Positions 53,466 to 64,000 of a stretch of DNA of 64,000 nucleotides are shown piece after piece. The stretch comes from Octopus vulgaris (taxonomy: Eukaryota): NCBI GenBank assembly GCA_951406725.2, contig OX597815.1, forward strand, positions 48,298,001 through 48,362,000, in the 5' to 3' direction. The notes under the pieces were generated by a model. It did not search any database and was not told where the DNA came from. It saw only the letters and a program-made list of their open reading frames with translations. A program made the position numbers and the translations under genes. Numbering within the stretch: position 1 is the first letter of the stretch; every line of letters starts with the position of its first letter.

Positions 53466-53971
53466 ACTGTGCCCGAATGGTTTCCTTCACTATATTTAGA
53501 GAATAGTTATCTCGTTCCGTTGCCATACACACAAATAATAAAAGAGTTGCTTTTCAAACAGTAATAAAATGTCCTCAGTCTAAAGTGCAGACGTATAAAT
53601 GCCTGAGTAGGTTTATCATCAAACAGCAAGCTTTTGGCGACAGCACTTCTTTAGAATGAATAAAGGGGCAGAAGAAGAAAACAAGAGTGGGAGACAGAAA
53701 CAAATAAACAAGAATCTGAGGTCAAAGTAAAAGCTATGAATGAACTTCGAAAGGAGAATAATGAGAGAAAGAGTAAGGGTGGTTGAAAGAAAATACATAA
53801 AATTAGTTGATAAAATGTACGTAAAGGAGAATTATTGATAAAAAAAAAATACAAAGGGAGATGGATGGAAAAGTTCGTTGACAGAAGACTTATGCTGTTT
53901 GAACATCATTTGCTACTGACCCTTCCAACTCTTGTTTTACATACATATATGTAGATATACATATGTGTGTG

Positions 53972-54030
<59 letters not shown>

Positions 54031-54379
54031 GCAGACGGACAATAACAATAATTTTTGTAACGACTCAAAGCCTAAGATTCACAGATGAAGTTGTTAATAT
54101 TGTCTAACCCCCAGGTCAGTCATGATCTAGAAGAATTATGATCAAATGCATTCTAACCATGACCATTATGTTTTTTTTTATGTATATCAAAGATTGCATT
54201 TTCCAGTAGTCATTTTCTTTTAGTACACTAGGGTAAGATTTGACAAAGTTTTAGCTGTTATTTATAGCAAATCGAGAAATTATATAGACACTCTGGTTAG
54301 ATTGACAGAAGTGGCCTTAATCTTCGGTTATAATTCTATGCACATCTAGGATGTTTTGCAGTAAAATCGGTATACCTAA

Positions 54380-54735
54380 ATAAGTGTGCCTCACACCATA
54401 GACTTTGTTTCTTCATAACTTTCATAAAAATGGAAGTTTTCTAATGGAATTTTCTATAGATACCTTTCAGAATGTGCAGATTACAATTATACCTGGACTT
54501 TAAAAAAGAAAATTGGTGAGAATATACACATGCATACAGATACACATAACAAATGTCTACAAAATGAGAACCTGAAATTTAAAAAAAAGTGTACCCACCA
54601 ATTTTTTAGCACTAAATTCCAATATAATGGTAATCTACACTATCTGAAAAGTATTTGTAGAAAATTTCATTAAAAAAAAAATCTATATTTCTGAAAGTTA
54701 TGAGGAAACAAAGTGAGAGGGAGTGCACTCTTATA
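54380..54735. mobile_element. Foldback MITE with long degenerate inverted arms
   Basis: actttgtttcttcataactttca / tgaaagttatgaggaaacaaagt, with further complementarity inward. Confidence 0.8.
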
Positions 54736-54904
54736 TATTACAATTAATGTGGTCTGAGCCAACCTCTCCACTGAGGTTTCTAAACCGGCTGATTAGGTTG
54801 GCTCAGGTATAGATCATATCTCTTTGAAGTTTGGTTATAGTTTTCCACAAATAAATATGATACAGTTCATATGACTTTCGAGTTCTGTTCTTGTTTATCG
54901 ATAC

Positions 54905-55570
54905 TTAAACATCAGCTTTGACTGATGTTAACTTCAACAATCTGATGAAGAGAGTATGACAACCTACTGGGCAACCAGTCCTTTGTTGAGGAGGGTGGTC
55001 TAGAATTAATTGAGCAAACTGCGGCCTGCAGGAATTTCTGAGAGCACGCTTAATGATAATGAACCATGTCTTATATGACTCTCTCAAAAATGTTGCCCCA
55101 TGAGTGCACTACACGGTCACTCATGTCACCAGAAATAACAACTAAGTCTCTCTCAAATCACGAAGACAGAATGGGAAATGTCTTTGACAATTTCTTGGAT
55201 TGTAGGTCACAGTTAACGTGCCATTGCAGACGATATGTACACATATACGCCAGGAAATGATTCAATCGCTTTCCGGACGTTGTCTGGGCTGGAAACAGAT
55301 TGTAAAACAAAACTGGTGTGTCGGACCGGTGTAGTCACCCGTAGCATGTTTCTTCTTCAACCGATTGGGGGAATCTATAGTGTACGGGTCGGGGAGGACA
55401 GAGATGAACCGAACAGCTCTTTTAATGTCAAATTCGCTGAATTTGGCATTAACGGCTTTCTTTAAGTTCGGTGAATGTCCATTGCTCGGAACTGTGCTAA
55501 TCACATTGGCATGCTTAACCAGCCTTCGGGAAAATAAGTCACTCAAAAACACTGCAAATAATGACAAAAA
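54905..55570 (-). mobile_element. Decayed CRE-like non-LTR retrotransposon fragment (region upstream of and at the RT start)
   Basis: Minus-strand motifs in the expected order: KAVNAKFSEFDIKRAVRFIS...LKKKH, SPDNVRKAIESFPG, PVGCHTLFIRLLK (compare RPIAVGxTLRRL). Confidence 0.65.
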
Positions 55571-55721
55571 AATTTCCCAATTAAAACCAAAGATAACCCT
55601 TCAAATTACCAGATATTCCAACACGAGGGAAATTTCATCAAAGTTTTTTTTTTAATGCAGGTTTAGGTGAAAGAAAATGCTACACGCATAACTTCTCCAA
55701 TATCATTATCAATTATGTAAA

Positions 55722-55789
55722 ACATTTTGAAATGGGAATGGAATATGAATCACAGACATTTTGAAATGGGAATGGAATATGAATCACAG
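55722..55789. repeat. Perfect 34-bp direct tandem duplication
   Basis: acattttgaaatgggaatggaatatgaatcacag occurs twice. Confidence 0.95.
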
Positions 55790-56720
55790 ACACCAAGAAT
55801 ATCAATGTCACAAACGTGAGATATCGACTGAATCAGACAATTGCATTCCAAAATATGTTCGACGGAGGAAATAAATACTACTGGGAAACGAAACCGGTTC
55901 ACAGATATAACCTAAGTTTAAATTTACAACGCTCATTACATTTCAGATTAAAAGCAACTAGAATGTACATTATTTAGAGTGAGGAACAATTATTTTAAAT
56001 CGACCACAGACAGTATTTGACCGGTACTTGTTTTATTAACTCCAGAAGGATGAGTATCAAAGTTAAACTTGACAGGGCTTAAATTTAATAAGGGATGTAT
56101 CTTGTCCGGAAATATTGTCTATATTATAGAAATAATATTTTCAATATAATAGAAACATACTTTCTGAAGACAAGGGAAAACTTTATTATCAACGATTAAA
56201 TAATTAATATTAATGAGAAGAAAAAAAGACCTACCGATAGATTTTGTTGATTATTTTTACATCGGTGAGGTAAATTACGTCTTCTTTATTAAAAATCCTC
56301 CACTTTGTTTTTTGTTCTCTAAAAATGTCACTATAGACAGGTAAAATATTTTATACAACATATTCAACAGAAGATAATTTAAATAAATAAATAATTTGCA
56401 CGTAATAAAGGAAGGATAATTGGAAGGAGACGGGAAAGACAAGCGAATTACTCTTTTGTTGTTGTTAACTACGAACGAGATGTTGCTACCACCTGACTTT
56501 TCAAACACGGTAATGTATAACAATCTCCCGCCACAGGTGACTCCTAGTGACGACAACTGTCAATAAAGAAAACGATTATTTAACGGGTCACCTAACTGAA
56601 GGTAGATAATTCTCGTTACTTAATTATACGCGCATTTGTCAGTCATCGTGGCATTGCAGACGATAAATACGATACATATGTGTGTCTGTCGCGGGATACG
56701 TACATTACACGTATACTCCA

Positions 56721-56778
<58 letters not shown>

Positions 56779-56779
56779 T

Positions 56780-56827
<48 letters not shown>

Positions 56828-56828
<1 letters not shown>

Positions 56829-57057
56829 ATTGCAGCGTGGAAGGTGTTTATAACCCATTTAAAAACAAATACCTTTAAATTCACTTCAACATTTAAATTC
56901 AATTTGCCAAAGTATTGTCGTCGTTTTGAGACCGCGACCTGTTCAATGACAAAATTCTGTGCTGCGACAATATTTTGGCAAATTAAATTTAAATGTTGAA
57001 GTGAATATAACGGTATTTGTTTTTAAATGGCTTATAAACACCTTCCACGCTACAATT
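56828..57057. mobile_element. 230-bp inverted repeat (about 93-bp arms), Penelope-like inverted terminal repeat or MITE
   Basis: aattgcagcgtggaaggtgtttataa... / ...ttataaacaccttccacgctacaatt; degenerate hammerhead-like layout on the minus strand at 56903-56953. Confidence 0.8.
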
Positions 57058-57137
57058 GTTTTCATTCCAGCACACGATCTCAGATCAGGTCACTTGCTAT
57101 GCAAGTACATATCTCTCTCTTTGTCTCTCTCTCTGTC

Positions 57138-57236
<99 letters not shown>

Positions 57237-57510
57237 TGACGTATACATACATATAGATGATCTTTATTTTTTACTTGTTTCAGTCATTATTATTTAACAT
57301 CCGTTTTCCATACTACTGATTATATATATATGTACTCGCACATAAACAGATATACACACACATCTATGTGTGTGTGTGTGTGTTTTTTTTTTATATTCAT
57401 GTAAAGACATTTGAAGAGATTGATCACACTCCCATCCTGTAATCAAGTGTTTTCATGCTTATTAAATATGACTTTACATAAATGTTTCATTCAACGAAAC
57501 TTCAAATGAT

Positions 57511-57561
<51 letters not shown>

Positions 57562-57994
57562 TTATTGTAATACCACAACACTATACTGGAGACAAAGAAA
57601 TAATAAGTAAGTAGCTAATAAGTTCAGTCTAAGTTTTCCATTAACAGAATTGGAGATTCATAGTATTATAAACAAACACTCTTTGTCTTTGCCAACAACA
57701 ATTCCATGTATTAGAAATCATGCCATTCTTTTGCTCCTAAAGCTTTAGGAAACAATTGAGGACACTGGAATAATACAAAAAAACAAAAAAAAAAAACACT
57801 GATCCTTGGTCCATCATATTTAGCTACTGGTAACTCCCAGTTATACTAGATGAATGAGTGATAAATTTGTTATGACAGGTGCATTCTTCTTTGAGAGGGG
57901 AGACGGCATTTTTGGTATAGCTTGCCAATAACTCTGAGAAAAATATTATATTAATCTACCTAGTCTTCTTTTAGCTGTTGTTGTTTTTAAATAT

Positions 57995-58372
57995 TTTATC
58001 TCATTTCATTTCTTTGCATGTGTCTGTGTATGTATGTTTGTATGTATGAATGTACATATGAATAAACTGTGTCAGTGTGTCTCCATGTCTATGTGTCTTT
58101 GCATGTGAATGTGTGTATGTGTTTTGTCTGTGATTATGCTGTGTATGCATGTGTGTGAAAGTGTGTGCATGTGTGTGTATGTATCTGCTTGCCTGTGTGT
58201 TTGTGAGAGTGGTTGCATATGTATGCATATGTATGTGCATATATGTGAGTCTAGTGTCTGTGTGTCTGTGGATGTGCTTGCAAACATGTGTCTGTATGTG
58301 AGCGTTTGTGTGTGTGTGCATGTGGAGTGTTTATATGTATTTATCAGTGTGTATGTGTGTATTTGTATATAA
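57995..58372. repeat. Degenerate (TG)n-rich tract
   Basis: Read directly from the sequence. Confidence 0.85.
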
Positions 58373-58947
58373 GCAACACAAAACAATAGAAAGATATAAA
58401 TGAATAAATCCATTCTCCATCACCTTCAGTGAAATAAAAAAAAATAGAAGATATAAAAATACCAAAAATATGTTGTCTGTAGAATGGAAACCTAGACAGT
58501 AGATTGGCAGAATCAGTGGAACACTGAAGAAATCCATTGTAGTTTCATAATATTTAGTCATATTTCTTATGTTCTTAGTTCAAATTCTGATAAGGTGATC
58601 TTAGCAATTCATCCTTTCAGCATCAGTAAAGGAAATACCAACAAATTATTATTAATCCTCAAAAATATGAAAGTGACTACAGTGGTCTTCTTTGTGTTGA
58701 AGCCATTTTTTAAATACAAAAAGAATTATTTAATTTGAATCAATGGTGCTGTAAATTAATACTACATCTTGAACTTCTTATCCCTAGTTTTTTTGGTAAA
58801 AATTTTGAATTTGGGCTTTAAATTTTTAAATGGCTTTGTAAGAACATAGACTGGCCTACTCTCTGTCAATAGTATATTTTATTTTGTAGATAGAAATAAT
58901 AAATTTGTATCAAGAAACATGTGTTTTCCTGAATGTTTGAGAACCAT

Positions 58948-59230
58948 GACATACTCGACCAGCTGATTAGATCATTTTCAGTGAAATGAGCCACAGGAAA
59001 ATGGCCATCAGGAGTTTTTTTTCAACCTGCCTGATTCAGCATCATACAATGCTTCTTTGTTATATACTTAAAAGCACTCACAATTCAAACAGAAGAACAA
59101 ACTCCAGCCTAGAAGTGGGTTTCTTAAAATGCTGGCTGAAGAACTCCTTGGTGACGAAGAACCTGAAGAAATGATTTCTGTATCTAAGAGAAAAAACAGG
59201 TAACTCAAGAGGTTTTTGCTGGATCTGCTG
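58948..59230 (+). mobile_element. piggyBac transposase C-terminal remnant
   Basis: DILDQLIRSFSVK*ATGKWPSGVFFNLPDSASYNASLLYT*...RSGFLKMLAEELL, then RGFCWIC in another frame; matches the DxxDQ...RxTxRWP...NA...FL..LAxxL pattern. Confidence 0.85.
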
Positions 59231-59462
59231 TTTCAGATAACCGCCCACCGTTGTTATTCCATTGCTAAGTCATTTAGGTAAAGGTAGTCATCAACTACTT
59301 TAAAAGAGCCTTCTATGTATTTGAAAAGATTTATTTTATGATTCCTTAATGTTAATTACTCCTGTAAATCTGCAACAAGTCTTTGTTTTCTATCAATCTG
59401 CATATAAATCCACAGTAAATGTTGTGCACTTGTACCTACTCTTTAATATAGAGTCTGCATGG

Positions 59463-60054
59463 CAGCATTTCTCAACCCCTTTTACACCAAGGATGGGTTT
59501 CCTGCAAGACAATTTTTCCTCAGACAAGGATAACAAAAACATAACAAAACAGAATAAAGTACATAATGTATAATATAATTATTACATATATAATATACAT
59601 ATAATACAAAAACGTGGAGGCGCAATGGCCCAGTGGTTAGGGAGCGGACTCACGGTTGGAGGATCGTGGTTTCGATTCCCAGACCGGGTGTTGTGTGTGT
59701 GTATTGAGCGAAAACACATAAAAGCTCCACGAGGCTCTGGCAGGGGATGGTGGCGACCCCTGTTGTACTCTTTCACCACAACTTTCTCTCACTCTCTCTT
59801 CCTGTTTCTTGAGTATCGCTGCGATGGACTGGCATCCTGTCCAGCTGGTGGGGTGGACACGCCACAGAAACCTGGAAACCGGGCCCATGAGCCTGGTTAG
59901 GCTTGAAAAGGGTGACGTTTATTGTTTTATAATGCAAAAACACACTGAAGAGTGCAATAGTTGATAAATCAAAAAATTTATTCTTCCTGTGTAGTCTTGT
60001 ACTAAATGATTCATGTCCTAGTACTGGTTCATAGCCTGATAGTTGAGATCCCTG
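59463..60054. mobile_element. Non-autonomous hAT (Charlie/MER1-like) element interrupted by a SINE
   Basis: Termini cagcatttctcaac / gttgagatccctg; 8-bp flanks ctgcatgg / ctgaatgg (7 of 8 match). Confidence 0.75.
59614..59920 (+). mobile_element. Family C SINE with tail type 2
   Basis: Head 'gtggaggcgcaatggcccagtggttaggg...ggtttcgattccc'; tail 'gcgatggactggcatcctgtccag...cttgaaaaggg'. Confidence 0.9.
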
Positions 60055-60588
60055 CTGAATGGTATTACTACTTACATTTTTTCCTTCATACTGAGCATGG
60101 CTACATCCCCAATATCAGACAAAACCTGCTTTCTTTCTTGCTAACAAAGCTCCTTTCTTTCTTTGCAAAGTTTATTGCAAGACTTCTTGGTTTTAGGTTC
60201 AGCTTCTATATCTAAAATTTCTTCACTAATTTTCCAACAGGTTCAGCCATGAAAACTATGCTATTTACTTTAGAAGTTCCCATGGACAGCCACCATTAAA
60301 CTCTGAATATGGGCATGAAAATAAGTCCTGAATATACAAAAAGAAGAAATATTCAAGTTTTGAATGGCCTTGATCAAAGGTCAGCTTAATCAGAGCTCAA
60401 CGGGAGCTTGATTACAATAACAAAATGACCTCTTGCAACTCTGAACTAACAAGGTATCTGCTACCTGCACACAGGTATACCCAAAATAATATCATCCCTT
60501 CACATCATTCATATCTTCCAAATTCTGCTTTAAACACTTTGCCTTTATCCTTCCCAAAAATGTTGAATACCAACACTATCATTCTTAC

Positions 60589-60631
60589 CGGTACAGGAGG
60601 TCTTGTAAAGGCCGTGGGAAAATCTCTTCTT
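60589..60631 (-). CDS. Candidate 43-nt exon (RRDFPTAFTRPPVP when joined to the upstream candidate)
   Basis: Acceptor ctcatag|, donor CCG|gtaaga; open in all three frames; unique sequence. Confidence 0.35.
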
Positions 60632-60972
60632 CTATGAGTTATTTATAAAAAGAAAAAAAAATCATAATCACATCATAGAATGAATTACTGAGTTTATTAA
60701 CAGATTGGGTTAATTCTCAGCCAAAATCTTTGATCTTGGCACAGAAATCGACAGAATATTTAATATCTGTTTTTTATATATATATATATATGTTTTAGTT
60801 ATCACATTACAAAGAGACTATTTTCAATGCATGTTGTTTTATCTTTGCCAAAAATCCCGGTGAACTCAACTTGAGATGACATCAAAGCTTGGGAGAACCC
60901 AGAATTATCTTACAATTTGTACCTATAGGTGTCAGCAATTTTCCCTGTTACCTTCATGATATAAAAACATAC

Positions 60973-61038
60973 CTGTGATATAACATCGCCTCATATACGT
61001 ATAACGAGGATTTTCCCCTCATTTTTCAAAAGACAAGA
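60973..61038 (-). CDS. Candidate 66-nt exon containing a start codon (MRGKSSLYVYEAMLYH-)
   Basis: Acceptor tttttatccaacag|, aaaaATG at 61022, donor CAG|gtatgt; joins in frame to 60589-60631 across a 341-nt GT-AG intron. Confidence 0.4.
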
Positions 61039-61674
61039 CTGTTGGATAAAAAGTAACAAGCACTTTATTTTCATCATTTATTGTAATTATTATCATTATG
61101 ATGATGATGATTATTATTTTTCTTTCTCTGTTCCATTCCCGCCAACTCTTGATGTAATTCTTTCTTGGATATTTAACTATCTGGCAGAACCTTCACATAG
61201 CACTGGGTAATTAGCTTGGCCATGAAAAGAATTGTTATTCTTTATAAAGGTACAGCTACATTTTATCACTTTCATATCATAAATGTTATAACATTAATAC
61301 TAGAAATAATAAAAGCTACAAAGAAGAAATTCAGTAAAAATATATATCTCTTTTTCCTTTTTCACCTTTCTCTTTTATTTTATTCTTTTTCTTTCCTTTT
61401 CCAGAAAAATAATCATTTGTAAACAATAATAGTGCTATTACTAATGGTGGTGGTAGTGGTGGGTAGTTGTAGTAGTAAGGGGAGTTAACTCAGCTCCTCT
61501 CCTCCATTACATCTGCTCCTTCATCCCCTTCATCCCACTCCTTTCTTTCTCGTCCATTTTCTCTTCCTCACACTTTCTCCCTCTTCTCAATACACTGCTG
61601 CTACCTTCTCCTTTCTCAGCTTGCCATCATCCTCCCTTTACTACCCACACTCATTGTCATTAGCCCTTCAAATA

Positions 61675-61885
61675 CTGGTTTCCAATATTTAGCACAAGCC
61701 CAGCAGTTTTGGGGAGGATCTAATTCGATTAGATCAAGCCAAGTGCTTAACTGGTACTTACTTTATCAACTTCAAAAGGATGAAAGGCAAAATTCACCTC
61801 GGCAGGATTTGAACTCAGAACATAAAGATGGATGAAATGCTGCTAAGCATTTTGTCTAGCATGCTAACAATTCTGCCAGTGCACC
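61675..61885 (-). mobile_element. Family A SINE, decayed
   Basis: Matches the family A unit. Confidence 0.8.
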
Positions 61886-61915
61886 TTTTTTTATTAAGCC
61901 TTTAATTATTAGTAA

Positions 61916-62288
61916 CTAGCAGTATCGCCCGGCGTTGCTCAGGTTTGTAAGGGAAATAACTATAAAGCATTTTTAGAGAGTTATAGCAAAAAAATGGAAA
62001 AAAATGATGGTAAATTTTTTTTGAGATTTAAAAAAGGTGGAGTTGCGTCCCCTAGACAGTTTGTGGTTCGTATTCCTGATTCTCGACCCCATGTCGAATT
62101 TATCGATTTTTTTCAGAACTGGGGGAACTTTTCAAAATTTTCGCTGCGTTAGTTTTGAATTATGACATTGGGCTATGTGTGTGTCAAGTTTCATCAGAAT
62201 CGGTTGAAAGCCGTGGTCAGGGTGAGGGTACAACCTGACAGACACACAGAAACACGCACAGACAAACTGCCGTTTATATAGAGAGAGA
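61916..62288 (-). mobile_element. Non-autonomous Helitron
   Basis: Minus strand A|TC...CTAG|T termini with a subterminal GC-rich hairpin (gcccggcgttgctcaggt); no TSD; CpGs intact. Confidence 0.85.
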
Positions 62289-63309
62289 TGTATGTGTTCA
62301 TGTTCTTTCTTTTCATTTTAATTGTTACTGAAGTGTCCAGGTAGCAATACCAAGTGGCAGCAGCAGTGGTGGTGATGGCAGTGGTGGTGATGGCAGTGGT
62401 GGTGGTGGTGGTAATAAAAGCTTGTATGTGTGTGTAACTCTGTGTGTGTGTGTCTGTGTGTGTGTGTGCACATGTGTATTTGTGTGTGCACATGTGTGTG
62501 TGTCTGTGTGTGCGTGTGTGTGTCTTTGTGTGGGTAATGTGGACCAAAAGAAAGAAAAGAAGAAGTAGGAGGAGGAGGAAGAGAAGTACAAGAAAAAGGT
62601 GTAGAAGAGGAAAGAGGGATGAAGAAGAAGAAGAAAAAGAAGAAGAAGAAGAAGAAGACCACAATGAGATTTAAGCTGAAAATGTAAAGAACTACCAAAA
62701 GTCATTTTTGTCTGAGAATCTTTTACTTTTTTTTCCTATTATTTCTTCAGTCTGAATTAAGGTTCAGAGCCTATAGCCTTTACAGGCCCTCAAAAACCAA
62801 TACACTTGATGTTGTTAATGTTCTATTTAAACTTATGCAAATCAACACTTACAAGGAAAACATGCAGGTTTGCAGTTCATGCCCAGGGACAGGTGCAGGC
62901 CAAGCTGTGCAGTTAAGAAGCTTGATTTCAACTATGTGGTTTTGGGTTCCAAACCATAGCATAGTGAACTGGGCAAGTGTCTTCTACAGTAGTCCTGGGC
63001 TGATCAATGCTTTGAGAGAGAATTTGGTAGATGAGAAACTGTGTGGAAGTCCCACCATGTGTATATATTTATATAGGTGCGGGCATGGCTGTGTGGTTAG
63101 GGAGCTTGCTCCCTAGCTATATGGTTTCAGGTTCAGTCCCACTGTGTGGCACTTTGGGTAGGTGTCTTCCACTATAGCCCCGAGCCGACCGAAGCTTTGT
63201 GATTGAATTCGGCAGGCAGAAGTTACTGCCGTGTGTGTATATGTGCGTGTAGGTGCTTGTGCCTCTCCGAAAGAGAGAGAGGGATATATATATATATATA
63301 TATATTGTG

Positions 63310-63650
63310 TCTGAGGAGAGTCATTTTCTTTTTGTGCCTTATAATATAACAACACACTCACTGGTAAAATTTCCACTTTTTTCTTATTTTTATTTTTCTA
63401 AAATTTTCGTTGCATCTTGCAACCTTTTCAATAGTTTTGAAATAGTATTTGAGTCAAGACTATTGAAAAGGTTGCAAGATGCAACGAAAATTTTAGGAAA
63501 ATAAAAATAAGAAAAAAGTGGAAATTTTACCGGTGAGTGTGTTATATTATAAGGCACAAAAAGAAAATGACTCTCCCCAGAGAAAACAGAATATGCTTCA
63601 ACACATGAACTCATGTAAAGAATCTTGCAAACCAAATCCAAAAACGAAAT
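63310..63650. mobile_element. Inverted-repeat element: about 125-bp arms (63310-63435 / 63459-63581), right arm continuing to ~63650; Penelope-like
   Basis: Arms are near-identical; a non-inverted homolog is at 49055-49230; each arm carries a hammerhead-like motif. Confidence 0.8.
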
Positions 63651-64000
63651 ATATATATATGTTTTATCTTTTATTCTTGAAGAATTTTTTATTACTTATT
63701 CTTTTAAAGCCTGGTACTTATTCTTGTTGGTCTCTTTGCTGAACCACTAAGTTATGGGGCTATCAAGTAGTGGTGAGGAAACACACAGACACAGACACAC
63801 AGACATATAAATATGAAGAGCTTCTTTCAATTTCCATCATCAAAAGCCACTTCCAAGGCTTTGGTCAACCTGATTCCGTAGTAGAAGGCACTTGCAGTGG
63901 GACTGAACCTGGAACCATGTGGCTGGGAAGCAAACTTCTTACACACAACCATGCCTACACACACTACACATGCACGCACACACACACACACACATGATCA

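Noticed and set aside
53026-53564. Overlapping YI/CV/HT-rich ORFs (also near 3.0-3.9, 12.5-13.0, 27.8-28.3 and 58.0-58.4 kb)
   Set aside because: Translations of stop-free dinucleotide repeats.
53594-53625. TATA-like gtataaat promoter
   Set aside because: Such motifs are common in AT-rich DNA and no downstream exon supports it.
59070-59183. Minus-strand exon after a strong acceptor-like tract
   Set aside because: Better explained as the antisense strand of the piggyBac transposase remnant.
60076-60211. 136-nt minus-strand exon-like segment with ttttag and gtaagt signals
   Set aside because: In-frame stop in its most protein-like frame and an immediate stop when joined to the upstream candidate; at best non-coding or decayed.

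Overview
Eukaryotic, AT-rich, microsatellite- and transposon-dense DNA. The SINE, RTE and Tc1/mariner content looks like an octopus (coleoid cephalopod) genome; this is inferred from the repeats, not verified. No complete protein-coding gene is present. Almost all listed ORFs are translated microsatellites or SINEs, and the few real protein motifs are decayed transposon relics: Tc1 DD36E, maT DD37D, mariner DD34D, piggyBac, Gypsy integrase, and RTE and CRE-like LINEs. The window is most likely a large intron or 5' region of a minus-strand gene, because several short exon-like segments with good splice signals occur on that strand. Most notable: (1) a full-length divergent U6 snRNA copy fused to a complete SINE and inserted as one unit with a target-site duplication (6628-6993), whose U6 part shows compensatory structural changes; (2) several palindromic Penelope-like remnants carrying minimal hammerhead-like motifs, some with variant cores; (3) modular SINEs that swap 3' tails; (4) candidate alternative first coding exons that all end in phase 0. 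All alignments and CpG observations were made by eye, and boundaries of old repeats are approximate.
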